The notes beneath the pieces are model-generated. The model was not told the DNA's origin, searched no databases, and worked only from the letters and a program-made list of their open reading frames with translations. The translations under genes and the position numbers were made by a program. From Basidiobolus meristosporus CBS 931.73 (Eukaryota; Fungi; Basidiobolomycota), in NCBI GenBank assembly GCA_002104905.1, contig MCFE01000031.1, forward strand, positions 1 to 64,000: 64,000 nucleotides of DNA, read 5' to 3'. Positions 1 to 10,511 of this stretch are shown here, piece by piece. How positions within the stretch are numbered: position 1 is the stretch's first letter; every line of letters starts with the position of its first letter.

Positions 1-776
1 GTGTGCTGCTTAATGAATATTCAAAATTTTCACAAAAATGACAACAGATGATGACAAAAATCCAAAATCAAGTCCACCAATTGTCCAGATTGAATTAGAA
101 CAAAACAATGAAGATTTTCTCACTCCAGAGAACTCTACAGTTGTGGTTCAGTCTGAGGCAGTGCCCAGGAATATCCCAGAAGTATCATTCCAGTATCAAA
201 TACCCTGAGATCCAATCAGACAAGAAATAGCCCAAATTACTACATCAGTGAGGGTACAAGCTTAGCCTATGCCTATTCAGTCCATATTGATGAACCCCAG
301 ACTGTAAAAGAGGCCCTGAATAGCCCTCAGACAAAGTTTTGGAGATCTGCAATGACTGAGGAATATTAGGCCCTGATGGAAATCCAAACTTGGGACTTAG
401 TCAAATTACCAACCAACCAAAAATCCATTGGATGTAGATGGGTCTTCAAAACAAAATACAAGGCTGATAGTTCAATTGAAAGATAAAAAGCAAAACTTGT
501 GGCTAATGGATTCTCTGAAACAAAGGGACTTGACTATACTGAGACCTTTGCACCCATAGCCAAGCTTAATTCCATCAGATTAGTATTGGCTATTGCAGCC
601 AAACATAAGTCTTATTTTCATCAAATGGATGTAAAAACTACATTTTTGAATGGAAATTTGATGAGGATGTGTATATGGACCAGCCTGATGGATTTGCTGA
701 CCAAGATAACTCCCATTTGGTCTGCAAGCTTAAAAAGTCTCTATTTGGTCACAAGCAATCACCATGATCCTGGATT

Positions 777-1454
777 TGTATTATATCTAAGAGAAAAGTG
801 CAATAAACTCTTGAATGAGTTAATTGAACCTAAGTGACAACTAAGTGCAGAATATCAGAATTGTCAAGAGTGACAGAAATATTAGTAGAGAGGTTCTGGT
901 CTAATATTGCTCTTGTATATAGCTGAGTTGGGCTATAAAAGCAACAGAGTTGGTTTGCTCTGCAGGCTAGGCTTGGTGCTCTTGGGAGTGCTAGATATGC
1001 TAGGCTTGGGCTGAAACTGGAACAGAATTGATGAATTCTTAATTTTGTTAAGACACACACCAAACCAAAAGGTTCAGTAATCATTATTTATATTTTTCTG
1101 ATCAAGTTGAATTAGAAAGTGCCAAGAGACTGGACTAACTGAAATCTGTTGGGGTGTTTGTAGGTGCATAAGATATATGGGAAATTGCATCATTGATCAG
1201 CTGATGTCTTGGCAACTGCTAAGTGGTTGGATAGATCTCAGATGACTAATCACTTGGAAAGGCTTAGCAGATCAGTTGAGGATTTAATGACCATATGAAA
1301 AACAATCAGGTATGACAGCTGAAAATAGTTTCTGAGAAGAGATAAAATAAATCATAACAGGTATTAGTTATGTTTGTGTTAGGGAAAATCAGTCCCAGTA
1401 CTAGATTTTCTAACAGAGTGAAATTGGCTAAGCTTCAAATGTTGATGCACAACA
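777..1454. mobile_element. About 680-bp insertion interrupting the copia RT, probably a solo LTR of another family
   Basis: The RT frame stops after ...KQSP*SW (773) and resumes as YCKIDSYL (1455). The intervening segment starts TGTATTA and ends CACAACA (TG...CA), flanked by a near-TSD GATT/TATT. Confidence 0.55.
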
Positions 1455-2553
1455 TATTGCAAGATAGATTCTTATTTGGAATATCTGAGTTTCAAAAGGA
1501 GTAATGCTGACTATAGTATATACTATAAGCCAGATAGAGCAAATCCAGTTCTATTAGCTCTATATGTGGATGATCTTATTTGGCCACCAATAATCTAGCA
1601 ATATAGGAAGAGACTAAATCCAGCCTATCTAAGGAGTTCAAGATGTCCAATCTAGAAGAACTTGGTTACTACTTAGGGATAAAGTTCTCCATAGACAGAA
1701 GTACCCAGACTATTATGCTTAGCCAATCCAAGTGTATTCAAGATATACTAAAGAAGCACAAAATGGAAGACTGTAAACCAGTAGCTACCTTGATGGAGAC
1801 AAACCTTAACTTGGTCAAAACTCAACCAAATCAAGAGGGCTTGGTGCCATCCGAAAGCCCTGATTTTCCTTGTCAATATATAGTCAGCAGCCTGATGTAT
1901 ATCATGCTTGGAACACATCCAGATATCTCATATTCAGTGGAAGTTGTCAGCCAACATAATCAGAACTATGGATCTGATCATATTGCAGCAGTTAAGCGGA
2001 TTTTTAGATACCTAAAAGGAACTGCTGATATCTGCTTAAGATACATGTATAAGAATTTGGAACAGGATCTTGTGGGATACTCTGATGCTGATTGGGGACA
2101 AAATCTGGAAGACAGAAGATCCACCACAGGATACAACTTTATTCACTATAAAGAAGCAATTTCATGGAATTCAAGAAACCAACCAACCGTAGCACTTTCT
2201 ACCACAGATGCAGAGTACATGGCAGACTGTGAAGCTACAAAGGAAGCAATGTGGTTAAGAAAGCTTTTTACAGGTTGAGGTCTATGTCAGAAAATGCCTA
2301 TTACTTTAATTCAAGATAAGCAAGTACATATAAAATTAGGTAGAAATCCAACTTTTCATGCTAGAACTAAGCACATAGATATTAGATATCATTTCATATG
2401 TGAACCTATAGGGAATAACCTAGTTGGCTCAGTTTACTGTCCTTCAGATGAAATGATTGCAGACATAATTATCAAACTATTAGCTATAGACAAGCTTGAA
2501 TATCTTAGGTCAAAATTAGGACTAGTCAGTATGAACATTTAGCTGAGTGGGAG

Positions 2554-2898
2554 GGTTGTAAAATTTGTAATTCCATCTAAATATTCACTTAACTTATTCA
2601 CTTAGATCATTACCTTCAAATCCTAGAAAATACTGACCAAACTCCTTGTCAGGATTTACTTAGAATATTATCACCAAAATACTAGGTACCCAGAACATAT
2701 AAATTCTCAAGTTGTCCAAATAGCCCCAAACTTTGTACAAATGCTCTCCAGACCTTCCTTAATCTATTCTATGTGTTTTTATGCCAAGACCATGTATAAG
2801 TATAAATACTACTTTACATTCAATGAATCATTGAGTGAAAACCACATAATCTAATTGTCCTCCCAATCACTTCCAATATCTCCAAGACTCTTACAACA
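2554..2898 (+). repeat. 3' LTR of the copia element
   Basis: Follows the PPT, begins (g)GTTGTAAAA and ends TTACAACA. Matches the reverse complement of 3437-3768. Confidence 0.85.
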
Positions 2899-3436
2899 CT
2901 AAGTGCCCCTACTGTAGGAGGTATTCTTACCTCTCTCATATAGAGAGCTGCTTTGGGCTCAAAGATACCCAATCTTTGTTCCAATTCCACAAACAAAGAG
3001 AGCTCATCCAGAGACTTTCTGCTATGATGTCTGCAATTAGACCAGAGCTTCTGCCTTCCTGAGAGGTTACTGCCTTCCAGGAAGTGGTAATATAGCTTTA
3101 CACTTTCCCTTGGAGCTTTGCTTTCAGTTAACTCCCAGATTTACTTCATACTCTAACCTGATTTGTTGACAAATTCCTTTTCAGAACTCAACTCAATTTT
3201 AGCAGTATTTTTACCTTCACATTACTATAGATTTTACTTCTTTGTACAATTTGCATTATTCAACTTGAATCAAGTCAGAATGGTATTAATATACTTATTC
3301 AGATTCAATAAAAGAATTTAGACCCCTAACCCTAACTCTAGCACTCCCTTTATGATGAATATCAATCCTTATCATATTCTCCTCATCAATGTTGTTCACA
3401 AATCATTCTTACCCCTCTTGCTACCCCCCTTCTACC

Positions 3437-3768
3437 TGTTGTAAGAGTCTTGGAGATATTGGAAGTGATTGGGAGGACTAGTAGATTATGTGGTTTTTCA
3501 CTTAATGATTCATTGAATGTAAAAGTAGTATTTATACTTTTACATGGTCTTGGCTTAGCAAACACGTAGAATAGGTTAAGGAAGGTCCCAAGAACATGTG
3601 TGCAAAGTTTGGGCTGTTTGGACAACTTATCTAATTTTCATGTTCTGGGTAAATATTCTAAGTAAATCCCGACAAGGAATTTGATCAGTATTCTCTAGGA
3701 TTTAAGGGTAATGATCTAAGTGACTAAGTTAGGTGAATATTTAGGTGGAATTACGAATTTTTACAACA
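3437..3768 (-). repeat. Second LTR of the same copia family in inverted orientation
   Basis: Bounded by TGTTGTAA...TTACAACA. Its reverse complement aligns with 2554-2898 apart from substitutions and a short indel. No matching TSD (CTACC vs CAACT). Confidence 0.85.
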
Positions 3769-4285
3769 CAACTGAACAGTGTCTTTAGCACTGAAGAGCA
3801 TTCATCTCTCCTTATTAACTTACCTACAAATTCACTTCAGCTACACACTCTGGTATCAAAGCTACAACAGTAGCGCTGGCTTCTTTGTTGCAACTGAAAT
3901 AAAGATTTCACCTGTTGGTGACTGTCTCCCCCTACACCAATAACTGCAACTAGCATATTTGCCCCTAGGACCTTTGTAAGCATTCCGTGCATGATGTAAG
4001 ATTATTCAATTTGCTTTCCATAAGATAGGTCATTAATTAAAAACCACCAAAATTTGATTTTGTTTGGATTAGTGTTAAAGCAATGTTGAGGCACTGTTAG
4101 ACTCTTGTATTAAGTCAGAGAAAGCATGCCACTAGTAATATCAGGAGATTTTATTTGCAATGGCATATACCTGACAGTTATCGCAAGTTGGCGTTACTTA
4201 TCTGATGATTTGGGCAAATAACGTTTTACTTCTGCTGCATGGGCCAACGGTGGTTTATATTAAGCAAGAAAAGCATATTTATTGT

Positions 4286-5656
4286 TTATACTGTAGAGTA
4301 CACCGGAGGGGCGTCAGCAGGCAAGTCGAAATCTGGCCTCAAGATTTCCTCATATTGAGGAGGATCAACTGGATACACTGATGCCAACAATTCCTCCACA
4401 ACCATTCGCTCGCAAACACGACCATGGACATCAAAGAAGCCAATATGAGGATTGAATTTCGCGACACGTTCCAGCTCAATGGCATGTGCGTGATGGTGAG
4501 GGCAGTTTTCCATTCCAACCAGCACAATTGTGACATACGCCCATGTCTCACCGAGAAGCTCCAGCTCAAATTCGTCCATGTCTTGGGCTTCACCATCCAA
4601 AAATACAAGAAGAGACAACTTCGGCATTCCGGGAGTAGGCTGCCAACCATAGACACTATCGTAGTGTCCATGCCCAAAGCTCCTATTTTGGTGCTCAAAG
4701 TATGTCTTCTTGACCACCTGCCAGCCCTGCATGACTTGGGTTCCACCTCCAATAGAGATGCTGTTTCTCCAATCTCTTTCGAAATTCTGAGCGGATAATT
4801 GGCCAACATAGTGGCCTCTGCTCGAAAACGTGACGGTATCAATCCCGATTTGGTTGGGGTGCTGCCGTTGAGTGCGAGGAATCATATGATTCAGAATACG
4901 GTGAACAAGATGCTCGACAAGGCGTATGTTCGACGGCTGATCGTGATAACGAATAAGTCTATCAGGGCCGGTGATACCCTGATGAGGATCCCAACCCATG
5001 GAGCCGGAGACATCAATCAGTAGCATAGTCTCTAGATGGTCGGTGCCATTCTGGAGTCCTTCCGCCAATTCATGAAGGGCTCTTCTTCTGGTCTCGTAAA
5101 TAACATTCTGAACCTGATCCGAATAACGATGGGATTTCGTTTGTTTGTCCGACTGGAAGACGTCTCCTGGACTTTGGTACATGGCCAAGCGTCTTGCGTC
5201 GAGTGGACGTTGACGGGCCATACGTTTATTGGCTTGTCTCATAATAGTATATAGGTCTCGCTCGATGCTGAGAGGTCGAAGGCGAGGGTATTTGACACCA
5301 TCGGGCGAGTTTCCATGATTGAGTAAGTAGTAAAGTCGCTTCTCGGCTGGCGTTTCCCAGGAACCGGAGTCTATATAGGTAGTTGCGAGTCGTCTATCAT
5401 AAACCCATTGTGTTGGTACTGGCTCCATATAACCTTTCTCGAGCAGATGTTGGAATTTCTTAGGGTGATCCCGACGAAGATATTCCCAGTGTTGTTGCAT
5501 CCTAGTCGCTACCCAGTAGCGCATGATCATCGAAAAGCGCTCACTGTTGCGAGGACCCCATCTTTGCTCTAACATCTTTTCGGATTCCTCGGACCTTTGT
5601 TGGCGTTTTGCTTCTTTGGAGACTATTCCAAGGATCTCTGTCAAGCTTTTTCCCAT
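4286..5656 (-). CDS. Intronless von Willebrand factor A (vWA) domain protein, 456 aa
   Basis: MIDAS motif LLIDVSGSM, then TVTFS, GGT and LLVFLDGE. Long uninterrupted ORF with N-terminal MGKSLT and C-terminal PPQY and PPVY. Confidence 0.85.
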   Translation of the reverse strand: MGKSLTEILGIVSKEAKRQQRSEESEKMLEQRWGPRNSERFSMIMRYWVATRMQQHWEYLRRDHPKKFQHLLEKGYMEPVPTQWVYDRRLATTYIDSGSWETPAEKRLYYLLNHGNSPDGVKYPRLRPLSIERDLYTIMRQANKRMARQRPLDARRLAMYQSPGDVFQSDKQTKSHRYSDQVQNVIYETRRRALHELAEGLQNGTDHLETMLLIDVSGSMGWDPHQGITGPDRLIRYHDQPSNIRLVEHLVHRILNHMIPRTQRQHPNQIGIDTVTFSSRGHYVGQLSAQNFERDWRNSISIGGGTQVMQGWQVVKKTYFEHQNRSFGHGHYDSVYGWQPTPGMPKLSLLVFLDGEAQDMDEFELELLGETWAYVTIVLVGMENCPHHHAHAIELERVAKFNPHIGFFDVHGRVCERMVVEELLASVYPVDPPQYEEILRPDFDLPADAPPVYSTV

Positions 5657-6700
5657 TATGCTGTGTTCCGTGAATGTAGTTGAGTGTAGCTGAGTGACGT
5701 AGTGAGGTGAGTGCAGTTGAATGACGTTATGCGGGAGTGTAGTCGGCAGGTGTGTGGTGCTTATGAGTGCTGTTGAGAGTTGTTGGTGATAGAGACGATT
5801 GGAGTGGGTATTTAAACCCTAGTGCTATGTACCTGAGGCTGCGCTGTTGGCAACAGACACATGATTCCATAAAGCCGCTAGTACAGTTCATCCGACTTCT
5901 AAATCGATTTCTATTCTCGTCACGTTGTAGCCCACTTCCATTTATTCACACTTATTCTCGATCGACCCAAATAGGATATACTTTCACCCTTAGTCAAGAG
6001 TGACTACAGTAAGAATGACGAAGCGGGATTGCAGCAAGACGACCTTGAGAGGAATGGCAGTTGTCAAGTTTCAAAGAGCGAGGGAGATAAGCGTGTTGTC
6101 TAGTAAAGCCACGTGTGAAAGCATTTCCCTGTTCATCAATCCAACGACCCTCGTGCATTTCCATTTCCTCGTTCATCAATCTAATGTCCCTCGTGTATGC
6201 TTTCTTGCTAATTACGGACATAGCGCTCACCATTCGTCTAATTGAGGGTACACATACGATAGCCAAAAGGCCATTTTTCAATTTCTTTCCATTTCCATTT
6301 TCTTCAGCACGCTCCATCCAATAAACTATGGCCATCTAAGCTCACTGTCGTCCATCGTATTTATCAAGATACAAGAACGTATGAATGGTATATGCATCAC
6401 ATCATCCTATCTTTTGTATTTTTTACTCCAAAGTGCACTTCATCGTGCGAACATAACTGGGCATAACCCTCACGTAGACACTTCACCAACCCAATACCAT
6501 AAAAACAAAATAACTGAAAGCAATTTTCCTAACCTCTGGGAATTAAATATTTGAGTGGCAATTTGTGCCAAATCGTTTAAGCAGATATAAAAGAAAAGGG
6601 AAAATGAGACCGTATGAAGTATGAGTATTTGGTGGAAAAAATCTCGCGCCAACTATTCCCTTGAGGTAATACCCTCCCTTCATGCTCATTCTGGAGAGGA

Positions 6701-6856
6701 CATGAGAGATACTAGAAGTTACAAGCAAGGGAGTAGAGAACATGAGAGATACTAGAAGTTACAAGCAAGGGAGTAGAGAACATGAGAGATACTAGAAGTT
6801 ACAAGCAAGGGAGTAGAGAACATGAGAGATACTAGAAGTTACAAGCAAGAGAGTAA
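6701..6856. repeat. 40-bp minisatellite, about 3.9 copies
   Basis: Unit CATGAGAGATACTAGAAGTTACAAGCAAGGGAGTAGAGAA is exact at 6701, 6741 and 6781, partial at 6821. Confidence 0.95.
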
Positions 6857-8696
6857 AAAGGAATACCGAAATACGCAAGACACGCAATCTTTTACCAGTA
6901 AGGTTGAAGAGACTTGATACGTCTAGCCTAATAAAGTAAGATGCAGATTTGTTTGTACGAGGGAATATTTCATCTCGAAGCTCGGTAAACCTTAAAGTCA
7001 GGGAAGGGGTGCATTTATTTTCCCCCGATTTTATTGAACTGAAAGTGGACATGCAATTTCTAATAATCTGTGGATTTGCTGAGTCAAGAATGATGAAGTA
7101 TGGAAAGGGCCTGGAAAGGTGCAAAAATTAGGTCATTCTGGATGAATGTTAGACTAAACATCTGTGTATTTTATCATTGTAATAGATTAATGATCAAGTT
7201 CATGTAAATCCAGATTTATTGAATATGAATGGTATGGTACCAAGAGATTATTTGCATACAATGCAGCCTTTCTTCTAGACTTTCACCAGTTAACTTTGCC
7301 CAAGACTTACGGATTATTGAATGTGACCGTGGAAACATAGAAGTAATCTGGAGCACTTTGAAGAGTGTAGTAGCTTTCTGCGCTCCTGCTATATCAAGGA
7401 ATTATTGAATATCACACCAAATCAAATTTCAATATGAATCAGTTTGAAAATGTTCAAGACTACATACAAATCTCAGAATGGTTGGGTGCTAAAATCCTTG
7501 AAAGCGTTGGCTTCACAGACAAAGAAAATAAAGTCATGGAACTGGATCTGTGCAAGTTCTGTCATGATCATTATTATACCAAGAGATAGCAATAATTAAT
7601 GAAGCTAAGGCGTAATCAATTGCTTGACAATATAAATCGGTTCAGACATACCAGGACCACTGCCATATTCCTCTTGTGACTAATCATTGACAGAATAGAT
7701 TCTCGGGATACAAGGACTGGGATAGCCTACTAGAACCTTGGACTATTGGCCGATAGAATGTGGTTCTCTTGGGACTTTCTTAATCAATGTCCAAATACTA
7801 ACAGTAAGTCTTCATATGTTCATCAAAAGCATCACCACTCAAACCCACTTGATAGAGAGTATTGGTTTTTCTGAAGGATTTATATCTTTATCTTTCTTGT
7901 CTTTAATGCACGCACATTAACATCAAGATGTTTACTGACAGGAGGCATAGCATATGTGGTGGGCGGCGATTGGTAACATTATTGAACTAAGCATAGCTAT
8001 TTCGAAATTTGCGTCGGTGTTTAGCCAGGTCATATGACTCCAGATAGACATCGCAATCCTATTACCACAATAAATAGGATATGGCACAACAATACAATCA
8101 TCAGTTAGATGCAGCACATTATTCAAGAACATCAGTAGCAAATATGGCCCAACGACGGAGCTTTTTACATAGAAATACGCACGTGCTTTCCGAGTATTAA
8201 TGGAGTGCAAATCAGGCAAAAAAGACGGTATTTTTGGCAAGCGTTCTCACTATAAAGCCCACCTCATACCTTATACCTCAGGCCGACTCGGGGCTTTAAT
8301 ATTAATACATACCGTCAATAGTCATCGTCTATCTTGATCTTTGTTCATATGCCAAGGTGTTACAAACACCGGCTATGATGGCATTTCCTCCCAATGATAT
8401 TTATTCATCACACAGCCCCGATATTGGATCTATGGGAAGGAATATGGACGCATTCCTCCACCATATCCCTGCCGATCAACCTTTCAACAGCAGGCAAGTT
8501 TAATTTACCCAAATACTGCACCCATTCAGCAAGAGCATTAATACAGCCAATCTTATTAAGCCTAAAATAGCCCGAATCCGGTAAAATCGAGGATCTTTGG
8601 TGGGAAGAAAGAATCAGCCACCAAGGTTATAAGTACAGTGAGGTATTGGAGAATAGTTCCTAACTTTACGTAGCATACATTCGTCCAACTTCGGAG

Positions 8697-10079
8697 ATGC
8701 CAAAATCCAAGTTAATTCGAATCGTCAATGGACGTGTGATTCAGGGCGGTCGAATGGAAGAAGAAACCCTATGGATTCAAGATGGAAAGTTCATTGATCC
8801 TGAGCGAACCTTCTGGGAGCAACGAATCGTTCCTGATGTAGTAATAGATGCTCAAGGAATGTTGGTATCCCCGGGATACATCGACATACAAGTCAACGGC
8901 GCAGTAGGGGTTGACTTCACTGCCGACAGGGAGAATATCGTTGAAGGGCTTGACCTTGTGTCCAAAGCGTTGCTTCGTTACGGCTGTACCTCGTACTGCC
9001 CTACCTTGGTGAGCTCCTTCCCCTCGGTGTATAAAGAGCTGCTACCAAAACTCAAAAAACGGCAGGGAAGTGTGCGTGATGGAGCGGAGATTCTAGGTAT
9101 GTATTTCCGAATCTACACCGGATATTCCCATTGACACACACGTCATAGGTGTGCACCTGGAAGGCCCATTTATCTCGCCTGCAAAGTTTGGCGCGCATCA
9201 ATTGGAGACGCTGTCCGTTTCCCCAAATGGAATTAGTGACTTCGAGTCGTGCTACGGATTCAAACTTGGTTCAGCAAGCACAGAAAACATTGCATTCATC
9301 ACGGTTGCGCCAGAAATGTCGGGGGTTATGGAAGTCATTCCACAGCTTGTGGAAGCTGGAATTCGAGTCAGTATTGGGCACTCGGGTGCAACCACCTCAG
9401 AGGCTGAAAGGGCCATAGCAAATGGGGCGTCCATGGTGACACACCTGTTCAATGCAATGCAGCAGGTAATTGTGACAATTTATTGATAGTGGCTTCGATG
9501 CGCAGAATATAATAACAATCCAGACGATTTTTCAAGTTTCATCACCGCGATCCTGGAATCATTGGGATTCTTGGCAGTGCAGAGTATAATCCATACTTTG
9601 GGATCATCTGTGATGGGATCCATTGTCATCCGAACTCGGTAAAAATTGCCCATACAGCCCATCCTGATGGTGCTATATTGGTAACCGATGCGATGAGTGC
9701 AATGGGGCTCTCTCCGGGTGAGTACCACATTGGGAACATGAAGGTCGACAAGAGCGAGGACAGGGTATATATCCAAGGAACTACTATTCTAGCGGGCAGG
9801 TAAGATCACGTAGCACGTACGCATCTCGGTGCTGACTAACCGAAGTTGTCTACTTTCAGCGTGATCACCATCGACGCATGTGTGCGCAATTTCAAAAGCT
9901 TTACTGGCTGCAGCATCGCGGAGGCTGTGGAAGCAGCTACGCTTCATCCGGCTCAGGCTCTAGGCATTGCCCACAAGAAAGGAACGTTTCGAAATGGAGC
10001 CGACGCCGACTTCATCTTTCTGGATGATGACCTGAGAGTAAGGAGGGTGTTTGTGGCTGGAGAGGAGGTGCGAATGTAG
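8697..10079 (+). CDS. DAC1: N-acetylglucosamine-6-phosphate deacetylase (NagA/AMDHD2 family), multi-exon
   Basis: PGYIDIQVNG, YGCTSYCPT, HLEGPF, SIGHS, THLFNAM, LVTDAM and EAATLHPA motifs across GT-AG introns (first intron 9097-9148). Confidence 0.96.
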
Positions 10080-10298
10080 CGGGTGTACACCTGAGCAATG
10101 CATATTTGAATCTAATTTATTAAACACTGGGGCATTTATTGTGATTTATTACGTACCATGAATCCATAGTTCGAGAATTCCCACTCATGTCTCTCGTGAC
10201 TGGAAATTTGCTCGGTTTTCTCCAAACTATTTATCCATATTGGGAAACTCCGCCGGTGAGCAAGCAGGTTCTGATGGGGATGCTCTACATGCTGTATC

Positions 10299-10355
10299 CA
10301 TGTATATGTGCCGCACAAAATAAAAATGGTTCATGTGTATGTGCCGCACGAAATA
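10299..10355. promoter_or_regulatory. Duplicated 24-bp element with palindromic core GTGCnGCAC upstream of NAG1
   Basis: CATGTATATGTGCCGCACAAAATA (10299-10322) and CATGTGTATGTGCCGCACGAAATA (10332-10355) match at 22 of 24 positions. The element lies about 160-210 bp upstream of the ATG. Function is inferred. Confidence 0.45.
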
Positions 10356-10511
10356 TAAATGGTTATATTTCCTGATTTAGGGAAAGGCAATCACTACCAT
10401 TTATTATATGAGGGCGAAATCCTTGTGCCTTGAGAAACTTCCCACTCCTACTCTTCGTATGCTTAAAAGTAGATTTTGAGGTCTTTGCTTCAGGCAGAAA
10501 AGTGGGAATAA

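Larger units (their letters stand above)
1..2898 (+). mobile_element. Degenerate Ty1/copia LTR retrotransposon (3' part: RT, RNase H, PPT, 3' LTR), truncated by the window start
   Basis: Copia RT motifs EPQTVKEAL..WRSAMTEEY, IGCRWVFKTK, DYTETFAPIAKLNSIR, HQMDVKTTFLNG and LYVDDL. RNase H motifs GYSDADWGQ..DRRSTTGY, VALSTTDAEYMA and HARTKHIDIRYHF. Multiple stops and frameshifts. A purine tract (about 2541-2553) precedes the LTR. Confidence 0.95.

Noticed and set aside
3324-3341. Telomere-like CCCTAACCCTAACTCTAG
   Set aside because: Only two exact units, which is expected by chance or in degenerate TE DNA.
4339-5254. Alternative-frame and antisense ORFs over the vWA gene
   Set aside because: They are shadows of the real ORF with no recognisable motifs.
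5994-8240. Short ORFs (5994-6335, 6792-7124, 7932-8240) and a possible decayed reading frame at about 7200-7860
   Set aside because: No recognisable domain. Stop density in the putative decayed frame is about what random AT-rich DNA gives.
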